64,000 nt of DNA from a virus: the IMG/VR virus record IMGVR_UViG_3300045988_151747, one strand, 5' to 3'. The notes under the pieces are model-generated. The model did not search any database, was not told where the DNA came from, and saw nothing but the letters and a program-made list of their open reading frames with translations. A program made the translations under genes and the position numbers. Below are positions 1 to 8,966 of this stretch, piece after piece. Position 1 is the stretch's first letter. Every line of letters begins with the position of its first letter.

Positions 1-64
1 CGGTAACTTCCTGTTCAGTGTCTACTATTGCTGATGTGATTTCTTCTGGATTATTTTTTGCCAT
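1..64 (-). CDS. hypothetical protein, 5' fragment (continues beyond left edge)
   Basis: ATG at 64-62 on the minus strand, 47 nt downstream of the capsid gene stop. The open frame MAKNNPEEITSAIVDTEQEVT runs off the window. Confidence 0.3.
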   Translation of the reverse strand, partial: MAKNNPEEITSAIVDTEQEVT

Positions 65-110
65 GATTGATAAAATATTTAACTGTTACTAAATGGGCAA
101 AGCCCCTCTG

Positions 111-1106
111 TTATACAGAGAGAGCTTTGACAATATTCTTTTCTTCAATGATTCCGGTTCCCCAAATACCATACCAGCCAAGAGTATGTTTACGCCCCAT
201 ATCGACAACGCCATCGTCACGTAATTCAACATCAAGAGCCACACCCCATGCGTATGCGTTTTCTCCAAAGAATACGGCTTCATAGGCTTCTTGAATAGAA
301 CCTCCACTACCGTATTTGGTCTTGATTTGCTCAGCGTTCAAGTGGGGCATCTGAGTTGTTTCAATAAAGATAACACCCTCATACATACCAACCTCACCGA
401 TATACAACTGTCTACGCCCCATATAGGTATTGGCATTAATCCAATCTGGGTCGTCACGCAATTGTCTTAACTGATGCGGAGATGCAATACAAACGTAATA
501 GTCGCCATTGATTCTGGGAGAATCATTTGAAGCCAAAATTTCTACGGCATCTTTTACGGTCTTTGTAGTAAAGGCACTAGTAGTGGTCATTTCTGATAAT
601 GCTTTGGCTGTACCTCCATAAACCACGTTTGAAGTCTTTAATACGGTATCACGGAATTGAGTATCCAATACTTTAGCCATGTTATTTGCCAACAGCTTGG
701 AAGCGTCACCCAGTACGTCGAGCATAGAAGTACGCAATAGGAATTCTGTAACCTGTACCGCATTACCTTGCTCTTTAACGGGAACAACAATTTCCGATGT
801 ACTCATTCCTTCCGGTGTCAGAACATCATTTTCCTCAAGTTCTCCACCACCTTCAAGATTATCATATTTAACGAATACAATGGCTTTTCCTCTTACCGCC
901 TGTAAGTCACGTTTGATTTTGGCGAATTGCAAGAAACGCAAACGAGGCTGTGCCTTGTACAAAACCTCACGAGAATAGAAATCACGGACTGCCTGTGGAA
1001 TAGCCACATAACCGCCTTCATTTACTCCAGCCGATGTAGTATCACCAAAGAACAGGAATCCTAATGTTGCCAATAACATTGGCAATAATACAAATAGAAT
1101 TGACAT
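111..1106 (-). CDS. major capsid protein (HK97-fold type)
   Basis: 331-aa ORF immediately after the scaffold-like gene and downstream of terminase and portal. The segment IPQAVRDFYSREVLYKAQPRLRFLQFA and the overall length are typical of HK97-like capsid proteins. The N-terminal 27 aa are unusually hydrophobic. Confidence 0.8.
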   Translation of the reverse strand: MSILFVLLPMLLATLGFLFFGDTTSAGVNEGGYVAIPQAVRDFYSREVLYKAQPRLRFLQFAKIKRDLQAVRGKAIVFVKYDNLEGGGELEENDVLTPEGMSTSEIVVPVKEQGNAVQVTEFLLRTSMLDVLGDASKLLANNMAKVLDTQFRDTVLKTSNVVYGGTAKALSEMTTTSAFTTKTVKDAVEILASNDSPRINGDYYVCIASPHQLRQLRDDPDWINANTYMGRRQLYIGEVGMYEGVIFIETTQMPHLNAEQIKTKYGSGGSIQEAYEAVFFGENAYAWGVALDVELRDDGVVDMGRKHTLGWYGIWGTGIIEEKNIVKALSV

Positions 1107-1135
1107 AATCTTTACTTGTTAATTTAAACTGTTTA

Positions 1136-1915
1136 TTATAACTGAGTAGGACCTACACCTCCATAAGTGGCACGAAGTTCTGCCTCAAGCTGTTCTCTGC
1201 GAGCAGCAAATTCAGACATTGGCATATTCTTTACGCTTGTAGGACCTGAAACTTCTGGCGCTTCTCTGCGTGGAACTGTCGGTGCAGGAGCAGCAGCCGG
1301 TACAGGGCTTGGAGTTGGTGATGCAGCCTGTGCACGGGCTTCATTCTCTTTCCGCATCTGTTCTGCAATAAGTGGGTCAACAACAGGTTTCTCACTGTGC
1401 AATACTGCTGCGGAACTAGGACTTGGATATTTGCTGCGTAACTGGATAGATTTCTCTAAGGAAGCATCCAATTCCTGCTTGGAATTACCCTCTACAAGTT
1501 CTGGAATACACTCATTGATATGCGCCTGAATAATTGAGTTCCGATATGCTTCCAATTCTTGCTTTCTCTGTTCCTCGGAGTTTTGAATAACAGGGCTGAT
1601 TACCTCAGATACAGTATTTTTCAAGGAGGTTTCCAAATCTTCACGTGTAACGAATGTACCACGCAACGCTTCTACGATTTCCTTGACATTGACTCCAGCA
1701 CCACTACCTTGTGAATCCGGAACCACTTGTACCTTGCGTAAATCTTCCAGTTGATTCTTTAAAGACTCAAACTGGGAGTACAACTTGTTTTTCTCAACTT
1801 TAGATACAGCCTGCATGAACTTCTGCAATTCGGGGGTATCTCTCACTACATAAGTAATACCATTAATTGTAACACTTTCTGGGATGCTTACGTTTCTTCT
1901 TTCTTCTTCGTTCAT
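1136..1915 (-). CDS. putative head scaffolding protein
   Basis: 259-aa ORF between portal and capsid. It is rich in charged, coiled-coil-like sequence (KNKLYSQFESLKNQLEDLRK) with a Pro/Ala-rich tail. The assignment rests on position. Confidence 0.55.
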   Translation of the reverse strand: MNEEERRNVSIPESVTINGITYVVRDTPELQKFMQAVSKVEKNKLYSQFESLKNQLEDLRKVQVVPDSQGSGAGVNVKEIVEALRGTFVTREDLETSLKNTVSEVISPVIQNSEEQRKQELEAYRNSIIQAHINECIPELVEGNSKQELDASLEKSIQLRSKYPSPSSAAVLHSEKPVVDPLIAEQMRKENEARAQAASPTPSPVPAAAPAPTVPRREAPEVSGPTSVKNMPMSEFAARREQLEAELRATYGGVGPTQL

Positions 1916-1951
1916 TTTTTCTACGATTAAAAAGTAACAATTAGATTTCTA

Positions 1952-2149
1952 CTACTTAATAAGGTTGTCTTTCAGAACATTATTACCGTTGCCCTTTACT
2001 GTGGCTTGGGTCATTTGTTCTCTACTAACCAACGGTGCGCTAGGCGTACCCGGATTGACGAATTTTTCGCCAACCTGCATACCCTTATTTTGCCCGATGT
2101 CATGTAATGCTTCGGGGTTTTTAGGGTCTAATGTTTGCAATCCTGCCAT
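1952..2149 (-). CDS. hypothetical small protein (head module)
   Basis: 65-aa minus-strand ORF directly downstream of a canonical promoter and upstream of the scaffold gene. Confidence 0.45.
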   Translation of the reverse strand: MAGLQTLDPKNPEALHDIGQNKGMQVGEKFVNPGTPSAPLVSREQMTQATVKGNGNNVLKDNLIK

Positions 2150-2201
2150 AACATTTGATTTTTAAAATGAAACAATTTGTTATTTTATTACTGATAGCGT
2201 T

Positions 2202-2232
2202 CAAAAGTAGGAATTATTTCTAAATTGACAAA
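2202..2232 (-). promoter_or_regulatory. Bacteroidota-type promoter (TTTG-N19-TACTTTTG)
   Basis: The minus strand reads TTTG (2232-2229), a 19-nt spacer, then TACTTTTG (2209-2202). It sits upstream of the small ORF, scaffold and capsid genes. Confidence 0.6.
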
Positions 2233-2255
2233 ATAAAACCTACTTAAATTAATTC

Positions 2256-3848
2256 CTAGAACTCTTCACTGCCTTGTTCTTCACCAAATTCATCCGGAGT
2301 TTCATCAACGTTTTCCTCATTACCCGTACTGGGGGCTTCTTCACCACCTGCGGAACTTAGTGCAGCTATGCGTGCCTGTAAAACTGCCTCCGCCACAGTA
2401 TCATCATCAATCTCATTAAGCAAATCCGGTATGTTTTGTTTTCCCATACGTTCCATGATTTCCCTACGTGAACCAAGTTTCATCTGTAACTCCATCTGTG
2501 CACGTTGCAGCTCATCCATCTTATCTTTGGGGAAACCGAAAGCAAACACAGGTTCAACCTGCACTTCGGAAAGGAAATCCGGACTTAATTTCTTTATCCG
2601 TTTAAACCGTTTGTTATCCGGGTCCTCTACCTCAAGAATACGGAAAATAATATTGTTCATCTGTGAAATACCCTCACCATAAGTCATTGCCTTTATGTTA
2701 GCCTGTTGTATAAGCGGATGGTAGGTAATCTGCAATGCCGCAGCAGAAGTATTGCTTATAGCCTGAATCTTACCAAGCGCATTTTCCGGAACATCTGACA
2801 ATTCGTGCATTGCGGTTTTCAAGTCTTTTGCAAAATTAACGGCAGCGGACAAATCAACATCCAATCCTAAATTAAATACGTTGGCTTCGGCAGGAAGTCC
2901 TGACCATATCTGACCTAAGCCTTTTTTCAATGACTTGGCGGAAGCACCTGTAATTACCGTGGTCGGAGTAACATGGTAGTCAATCACGGCTTTCAATTGT
3001 TGCATCACCTCATTATAAATCTTGTTTATCTTGAGAATATCATTGGCATCAGACTTTCCATAGTATCCGGAAGAATTGGGCTTGTTCTTTATATGCACTA
3101 CTGGAATGAACCCGTATTTGTTTTGAACCTCGGTATGTTTGTATTTGGCTACGTTACTTTCCTCAAGGTTAACGTCCACTTGATACCAAGTTTCAATAGT
3201 TTCCGCACTCATTTTAATAACATATAGTTTATAAGGCTGGTCGGGTCCGGATTGTAAAGGCTGACGTACCAAGAAAGATTTCACCTTATTATAATCGCCG
3301 TTATCAAATTCCACAAAACATTGTCGGCTGTCAAGAACGGAAACCTTGCAATATCTGTCCTGAACTTCCGGCATCCATTCACACATAAGCCAACAGTCGC
3401 CTGTGATACCACCCATTTGCAGCATCTCATAGGATAACTGTAACTTGTTTGACTTGCCCCAATGATACATCATAAGTTCCTCGGCAATCTTTTCCAGTTC
3501 ACGGTCAATCTGGTCGGAGTAGAAACTCTTCACATGGAAAGTAAAAGCCTCATTACCCAGCAAGAACATATTGACCTTATCAATAAACGCCTTTATATAA
3601 TTAAAGGAAAGCATCCCGTCATTGAAGTCCTTATAATGCATCCCGTCATAGAACTTCCAGTACAGGTAATATTTGGTGATTCTGTCAAGTTCCCATTTAT
3701 TGTCCTGCACTATGTTCTGCAATACAAAACTACGTAAAACGTTAGTTGCCTCACTAAGTGGACGACTGTCCACATTCCAATATTTTGAACCCGGATAACC
3801 GCTGTAGCTACCACCAGTAGGGTCCATACCTCCTACATTTATTCCCAT
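2256..3848 (-). CDS. portal protein
   Basis: 530-aa ORF whose start overlaps the TerL stop (3848). It has an acidic C-terminal tail. Size and position are typical of portal proteins. Confidence 0.8.
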   Translation of the reverse strand: MGINVGGMDPTGGSYSGYPGSKYWNVDSRPLSEATNVLRSFVLQNIVQDNKWELDRITKYYLYWKFYDGMHYKDFNDGMLSFNYIKAFIDKVNMFLLGNEAFTFHVKSFYSDQIDRELEKIAEELMMYHWGKSNKLQLSYEMLQMGGITGDCWLMCEWMPEVQDRYCKVSVLDSRQCFVEFDNGDYNKVKSFLVRQPLQSGPDQPYKLYVIKMSAETIETWYQVDVNLEESNVAKYKHTEVQNKYGFIPVVHIKNKPNSSGYYGKSDANDILKINKIYNEVMQQLKAVIDYHVTPTTVITGASAKSLKKGLGQIWSGLPAEANVFNLGLDVDLSAAVNFAKDLKTAMHELSDVPENALGKIQAISNTSAAALQITYHPLIQQANIKAMTYGEGISQMNNIIFRILEVEDPDNKRFKRIKKLSPDFLSEVQVEPVFAFGFPKDKMDELQRAQMELQMKLGSRREIMERMGKQNIPDLLNEIDDDTVAEAVLQARIAALSSAGGEEAPSTGNEENVDETPDEFGEEQGSEEF

Positions 3849-5509
3849 TAGTACGAATGTCTTTTTATTGCGTTAATTGTTTCAGTTATTCCGCCATACA
3901 GGGGGTTATCGGAAACTTCCATTTCTTCCTTAACCTCCACTTCCTCATTTGCAGCAAGACACATAAGTGCCGCACTGTCCACCATATCGTCAAAATACCC
4001 TTCCGTTTTTTCGCATACCATAAAGGAGCCGTTGAAATACTTCTGGCAGTTTTTCATCTGTTCCTCGAATTTGGAATACTCGGAAGTTCCTCTCACCACT
4101 TTATTAGCCGGAACTATAAGTCTGCGTGTCTTAATGTCAGAGATGAAATTATACCACATGTCTGATTTGCTCTGTGCGGTGAAAGTATATGGAGTTATAT
4201 CCACGTATTCGCCACAAGCATACATAAGCCGGTCAACAACGGGTTTTCCCACACCAGTATAATCCGCGTATATTTTGGCGATATTAAATTCGGCTATATA
4301 ATCAAGAAGTATATGATGCTGTTCCTCATAATCAGCACCACCAAGACACGCCCAGCATAATACCTGCTTATATGGATTCTTAAACGGTTCATCCAAGTCT
4401 TTCCACGACTTACCTATGGTAAGCACTGTTTCAGCAGGAGATTTACCGATATCCAAACCAGCCACAACAAAATCGGTAACATTGGGAACCTGAAATCCCA
4501 ACTTGCGGTTTATGATTCCATTAAATTCCTTATCCGTAAGAAGCATACCGCTTTCAATATCCCAAATAAGGGCGTAGGCAAGTTTGAACGCTTGTGATTC
4601 CTCACCCCAACGTTCACGCTTGCGATAAATATCAGCTTCGTAATTCAAATGGAATCTCTTTCCGTCCTTTTCATACTGTTCCCGTCTGCTGGCGATAATC
4701 TTCTTATAATCATATTCGTAATGATGCCGTACCCGTGGGTCAAGGCACTTCCTGTCCAGTTCACGGTTATGCTTTATTTCATAGTAGAAATGGTTCTTGG
4801 TCATACCTGTTGTACCTACCTTTATAAGAGTACCTGCGGTTGAGGAAAGCATAGGTTCGATAGACTTGCTGACAATAAGGTCGTCAACATCCTGCGCTTC
4901 TTCGACAATAACCAAATCATACGTCTTTGATTCAATCTTGGATTGCTTACTGGCAACCTGTCCGGCAAGAAAAGAACCGTTTGACAATTCAAGGCGTGCC
5001 ACACTTTCTAGCCATACGTCAATATCCGGGTCTGTAAGAACCATATCCGCATTTGCAGACCTCAGTCGGGTCATTGAACGTGAATAGGTAGTGACAACCT
5101 GGTCTGACTGGGGGGCGAAAAGCCCTACACGGAATCCGGTTTTGAACTGTTCCAAGTCGGGAATGATTGAAGCCAGTGCCGGAAGAATAACACATAACGT
5201 ATCAATGACAAAAGCCATAACCTCGGATTTACCCGACTGACGGGAAAGAAGCACTGTCTTTACGTCACCCGAAAAAGTTATCACGGAGTATATGATTCCG
5301 TATGCTATATCTTCCTGATAGGAATACAGGGAAATACCAGTAAGAACTTTGCCGAACTCCATAATCTTGGCGGTTACATCGTGGGCATCAAACTCCACGG
5401 TTTTACCTACCAGTTCCTCGGTATGTATTTCGGAAACGCTCTTACCAGTAGCCTCGAACACGTATCCCTGTTCCTTTAGTTCTTTTTTCTTCTTACTACG
5501 TACAGGCAT
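3848..5509 (-). CDS. terminase large subunit (T4 gp17-like)
   Basis: Walker A-like LLSRQSGKSE (compare T4 gp17 SRQLGKT), Walker B-like YDLVIVEEAQ, and a C-terminal RNase H-like nuclease region (VVAGLDIGK). 553 aa. Confidence 0.9.
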   Translation of the reverse strand: MPVRSKKKKELKEQGYVFEATGKSVSEIHTEELVGKTVEFDAHDVTAKIMEFGKVLTGISLYSYQEDIAYGIIYSVITFSGDVKTVLLSRQSGKSEVMAFVIDTLCVILPALASIIPDLEQFKTGFRVGLFAPQSDQVVTTYSRSMTRLRSANADMVLTDPDIDVWLESVARLELSNGSFLAGQVASKQSKIESKTYDLVIVEEAQDVDDLIVSKSIEPMLSSTAGTLIKVGTTGMTKNHFYYEIKHNRELDRKCLDPRVRHHYEYDYKKIIASRREQYEKDGKRFHLNYEADIYRKRERWGEESQAFKLAYALIWDIESGMLLTDKEFNGIINRKLGFQVPNVTDFVVAGLDIGKSPAETVLTIGKSWKDLDEPFKNPYKQVLCWACLGGADYEEQHHILLDYIAEFNIAKIYADYTGVGKPVVDRLMYACGEYVDITPYTFTAQSKSDMWYNFISDIKTRRLIVPANKVVRGTSEYSKFEEQMKNCQKYFNGSFMVCEKTEGYFDDMVDSAALMCLAANEEVEVKEEMEVSDNPLYGGITETINAIKRHSY

Positions 5510-5510
5510 A

Positions 5511-6038
5511 TTATTCCTCTCTTATATCATAAGACATATTACCTTTCATATTCCGCCATGTTTGGAGAAAAACGTTACACTCTTTAGAATAGGGCATGAA
5601 GCTGTCACTCTCCACCCAACAATTGGGAGTTTCATAAAGGCGTATCTTTTCAATCTGAATACCATGTTCCGAGGGAGTGAAGAACTTCCGGAATACGGTA
5701 AACAGTTCTCCGGCTATGTTTTCGGCAGACGGGTTTATGTCCGTTTTGATACCAAGCCCCATTTCATATACTTTCCAATTATTGGAACGGCACAATTTAA
5801 GAAGTTCCGTATCCATAGGATTAAGAATACAGGCATGGTCTAAAAACTCGTCAATGAAATCACCGCATACACGCTTCAATTCCTTGAAATCTATGGCATA
5901 GCCTATTTCCTTTACGTCCATATAGGAAAAAGTGGCTTCCACTTTAAAACGGTGTCCGTGAAGATTGAAACATTTCACCTTCTCGTTCATAACCCGATGT
6001 GCACTGTCAAACTCAAATACTCTAGTTACTGTTGCCAT
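5511..6038 (-). CDS. queD: 6-carboxy-5,6,7,8-tetrahydropterin synthase QueD
   Basis: N-terminal signature FEFDSAHRV...CFNLHGHRFKVEATF matches the QueD/PTPS family His/Cys motif. It has a C-terminal extension relative to the typical protein of about 120 aa. Confidence 0.88.
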   Translation of the reverse strand: MATVTRVFEFDSAHRVMNEKVKCFNLHGHRFKVEATFSYMDVKEIGYAIDFKELKRVCGDFIDEFLDHACILNPMDTELLKLCRSNNWKVYEMGLGIKTDINPSAENIAGELFTVFRKFFTPSEHGIQIEKIRLYETPNCWVESDSFMPYSKECNVFLQTWRNMKGNMSYDIREE

Positions 6039-6057
6039 AATGATTCGATTTTTAATT

Positions 6058-6270
6058 CTACTTTATAATTCTTCTGTAACGATATACATCTCTGATTACT
6101 GCGGAAAAGTATTCTCCCTTGCTTTCAGACTTTACAAATCTAGTCCATATAGGAAGAGGAACATTGTAATATTGGTATTCCCATCTCGGACGGTTTACAA
6201 ATACCATTGTAAGTGTCCGCGACTTCCTATCATAGTCTGCTGTCATTATATTAGAAGATACAATCTGCAT
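6058..6270 (-). CDS. KTSC domain protein
   Basis: 70-aa ORF with the pattern YDRKSRTLTMVF...YQYYNVPLPIWTRFVKSESKGEYFSAVIR, typical of KTSC (lysyl-tRNA synthetase C-terminal-like) domains. Confidence 0.6.
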   Translation of the reverse strand: MQIVSSNIMTADYDRKSRTLTMVFVNRPRWEYQYYNVPLPIWTRFVKSESKGEYFSAVIRDVYRYRRIIK

Positions 6271-6321
6271 TTCATTCCGATTGGGTACAAAAATAGGTGA
6301 ACACCATTAGATGCTCACCTG

Positions 6322-6353
6322 CAAATATAGGTAATTTCCACTATACTGACAAA
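6322..6353 (-). promoter_or_regulatory. Bacteroidota-type promoter (TTTG-N20-TATATTTG)
   Basis: Minus strand: TTTG at 6353-6350, TATATTTG at 6329-6322. It lies upstream of the KTSC-queD-terL-portal run. Confidence 0.6.
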
Positions 6354-6366
6354 CTAAGAACAACTA

Positions 6367-7338
6367 TTATCTTCGCTTAGAAGATGTTCCTTTCTTAGAA
6401 ATTTCTCTCGCTAAATTAAGATAACCCGGAGTGGATAGGTTATCTACAAATGACTGAGCCTGTTTGTTGTTATACCCCATAGCTTGTCTAATATGGGAAA
6501 TCATTTCTTCTCTTGAAACATCACTTAATGACCTTCCAGAATTATCCATATAAGCTACCGAAGTAACGACATCTTTACTCCTTTTCTTAAAAGAGTTCAT
6601 TGCGGCTTTAGTCTTAAAATACTTAGTGACATATTTACCGTTTTTACCTACATAAGAAAAACCATAAGGTTTATCGTCGCTTTTTGCCATACCTACTCCT
6701 TTAGTTTTTGCACCAGTAGAGGATGTCTTTGGTGCAGGGGCATCATCCATACTTTTAGAAGCCTTAGAAACTGCGGTACTACCACCACCTACACGCTTGA
6801 ACATTGACAAATGTCCACGGGAAGAATAGTTGTCATTGGCTTCCTTGTTAAGTTCCTTATACTTTTCAGCACCTACCTGTTCCTTTAGCTTTTTGGCAGC
6901 GGCTCTCCCCTCTTTAGATTTAGGGTCGTGATACCATGCCTTAAATTCAGTGGATGATAATCCGGAGGATTTAGGAGCCGGCTTTGTTTGCTTCTTGGCA
7001 GGAGCTTTCTTGGTTTCTCTAGGTTCAAGTCCGGTTATTCCTCCACCGACAGGTTTCTTCAATTTCTTTTTCGGAGCAGGTTTCGTAGTCTTGGCAGTAT
7101 CCGAAGAAGCTCCGGAACGGCTCTTTTTCAGTTCGTCCAGATATTGCTGGAGTTCAAGTTTAGGGTCTGGCATCTTGGTAATCTTAGCCTGTAATTCACC
7201 ACCAGCCCCTTTCTTGCGTGCAGCCTTTTTGGCTACTTCCGCAGCAGCGTCATACTTAGCCGTGTGAGATTTTACAGTAGTAATCTTACCCGACTTAGTT
7301 TTACGCTGATAAGTTCTAATTGTTTTTTCTTTTTTCAT
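6367..7338 (-). CDS. lysine-rich low-complexity basic protein (histone H1-like composition)
   Basis: 323-aa ORF with long K/A/P/G/S tracts (KKAARKKGAGG, KPAPKKKLKKPVGGG, KKAPAKKQTKPAPK). It has its own -7 box and sits just after a terminator. Confidence 0.6.
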   Translation of the reverse strand: MKKEKTIRTYQRKTKSGKITTVKSHTAKYDAAAEVAKKAARKKGAGGELQAKITKMPDPKLELQQYLDELKKSRSGASSDTAKTTKPAPKKKLKKPVGGGITGLEPRETKKAPAKKQTKPAPKSSGLSSTEFKAWYHDPKSKEGRAAAKKLKEQVGAEKYKELNKEANDNYSSRGHLSMFKRVGGGSTAVSKASKSMDDAPAPKTSSTGAKTKGVGMAKSDDKPYGFSYVGKNGKYVTKYFKTKAAMNSFKKRSKDVVTSVAYMDNSGRSLSDVSREEMISHIRQAMGYNNKQAQSFVDNLSTPGYLNLAREISKKGTSSKRR

Positions 7339-7373
7339 ACATTACAAAATTTTTGTTGCAACTTCTACGCCTA

Positions 7374-7381
7374 CAAATATA
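7374..7381 (-). promoter_or_regulatory. -7 promoter box TATATTTG
   Basis: Exact TAnnTTTG match on the minus strand, 36 nt upstream of the ATG at 7338. No clean -33 TTTG. Confidence 0.45.
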
Positions 7382-7392
7382 GGAATAAAAAA

Positions 7393-7424
7393 TAATACTC
7401 ACTATATTAAAGTAGTGAGTATTA
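7393..7424 (-). terminator. rho-independent terminator
   Basis: Perfect 12-bp inverted repeat (TAATACTCACTA / TAGTGAGTATTA) with an 8-nt loop, followed on the minus strand by TTTTTTATT. It lies downstream of the gene ending at 7478. Confidence 0.7.
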
Positions 7425-7477
7425 CGAAATTTAGGGGGAAATAAATACAGTGTTTTTAAGCGATTACAGACCGTTTT

Positions 7478-7762
7478 TTAGGGTTTACTAATATAATAGT
7501 ACGTTTTACGTATTACTTTTACTTTACGGGTCAAAGAACCGATACCAAAATGAGTACAAAGTTTAGCGATTATAGTGTAGTTTACCGAACCTGTACCATA
7601 CAGGTATGGACGAATTTTCATACCACCAAGACTTTTCCCGAAATCGGTTTCCAGAAATGCAGGTACACTTCCATACTCCTTGTTAATCTTATTGCGCAAC
7701 GCAAGTTTCACATCTTCCAGTTGAACTTCTTCGAGTTCCTCAGTTACTTTTTTCTTTGGCAT
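7478..7762 (-). CDS. hypothetical protein, possible small HTH DNA-binding protein
   Basis: 94-aa ORF. The segment YTIIAKLCTHFGIGSLTRK loosely resembles an XRE-type helix-turn-helix. Confidence 0.35.
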   Translation of the reverse strand: MPKKKVTEELEEVQLEDVKLALRNKINKEYGSVPAFLETDFGKSLGGMKIRPYLYGTGSVNYTIIAKLCTHFGIGSLTRKVKVIRKTYYYISKP

Positions 7763-8117
7763 AATCTATATGAATTATTGTTTCTGAATATAAGTTACCT
7801 TCCCATGACACACAACCAATCTTTCTTCCAAGACGGATTAGCATCTCAACTATTTGCAAATAAGGTGTCCACAACTCACCATCCTTTCGGTGATTGCAAA
7901 ACATGAACGGAACGTTCCCGTCCTTGTCGGTTTCTATCTGGGAAACCATCTCCCGTATGGCAGGAGCATTTTTCTCCAGTATCTCTTTATGTACACCAAC
8001 CTCATTACCTATGGTACAGATGGCAGTTTCATGCCATATACGTTCTACATTATAACTTCTCAGTTCAATCATAATATAATTGATAAAACGGCAAGCATCC
8101 AAAAGATGAACCTCCAA
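7740..8117 (-). CDS. hypothetical protein
   Basis: 125-aa minus-strand ORF. The codon at 8117 is TTG, so the true start may be the ATG 45 nt downstream. Confidence 0.5.
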   Translation of the reverse strand: MEVHLLDACRFINYIMIELRSYNVERIWHETAICTIGNEVGVHKEILEKNAPAIREMVSQIETDKDGNVPFMFCNHRKDGELWTPYLQIVEMLIRLGRKIGCVSWEGNLYSETIIHIDYAKEKSN

Positions 8118-8169
8118 AAAGGTTTCTTACGGGTAGCAGCCAAGATTACTAATATAACAGTAAGCGCTA

Positions 8170-8289
8170 TCATTGTTTTTTCTTTAATTGACTTACCTTG
8201 AAATTGACAAACAGTTTCTTTGCTTCTTCAACTGTAAGTTCCTTACCCTTGACAGGACGGTTTCCCGTAACGTAATTATTCAGTGCCAT
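8170..8289 (-). CDS. hypothetical small protein (39 aa)
   Basis: Hand-translated ORF MALNNYVTGNRPVKGKELTVEEAKKLFVNFKVSQLKKKQ. Its ATG lies 4 nt after the upstream stop. It is below the ORF-track size cutoff. Confidence 0.35.
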   Translation of the reverse strand: MALNNYVTGNRPVKGKELTVEEAKKLFVNFKVSQLKKKQ

Positions 8290-8293
8290 AGTA

Positions 8294-8653
8294 TTACTTC
8301 TTTAATTCTTGTTTCCAATATTCAAACCAAAATGCCTCACGTAGACTAGCGGTCTTATAGCCTTTGCTCTTTACAGGGGATGGAAATTCCACAGACCATA
8401 CACGGGTAACGGAATCACGTCCTTCTCCGCATCTGAAAATCACAGGAACATTTTTCTTATCCCTACGTGAATAGATGTAGTACACATCATCCTTAAATTG
8501 GTTCACCTCATGGTAAGCACCTTTAAGGCACATACGGACAGAATCCATAGGAGCCTGAATGAGTTTTCCCATGTCCTCGGCAGCCCATTTAGTTTGGGCA
8601 AACATACTGCCCGTTAATATTAGCAGGGCAGCAACAGCAAAAATCTTTTTCAT
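8294..8653 (-). CDS. secreted hypothetical protein
   Basis: N-terminal signal-peptide-like MKKIFAVAALLILTGSMFAQ. 119 aa. Confidence 0.55.
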   Translation of the reverse strand: MKKIFAVAALLILTGSMFAQTKWAAEDMGKLIQAPMDSVRMCLKGAYHEVNQFKDDVYYIYSRRDKKNVPVIFRCGEGRDSVTRVWSVEFPSPVKSKGYKTASLREAFWFEYWKQELKK

Positions 8654-8966
8654 AACCTAGCTTTATTAAATTGATTGTTATTAATCTGTCAGAATACAAC
8701 ATATACACGGAGCGAAACAAGTCCAGTCTTATACATCCCGATTCCGTGAACAAAGAACTTAAAGACTTTCTGACTACTTCCTCAAGTTCGTCCAAATCAA
8801 ATTGAAAGAAGAGTTCCCAGTATGCGTTGGTTCCTATGCCGTATCTCTGCATGAAATCAAACTTGGGCAGAACCGCCATATCCACTAGGAACTCTTTGAA
8901 CAGGGGATTACCCGACAGGCTTACTGTGGGAATCCCCTCATTGTTTAATCTTCGAGTTTTATCCAT
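8589..8966 (-). CDS. hypothetical protein
   Basis: 125-aa ORF. The 3' end overlaps the next gene by 65 nt. The C-terminal tail contains CCCC. Confidence 0.45.
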   Translation of the reverse strand: MDKTRRLNNEGIPTVSLSGNPLFKEFLVDMAVLPKFDFMQRYGIGTNAYWELFFQFDLDELEEVVRKSLSSLFTESGCIRLDLFRSVYMLYSDRLITINLIKLGYEKDFCCCCPANINGQYVCPN

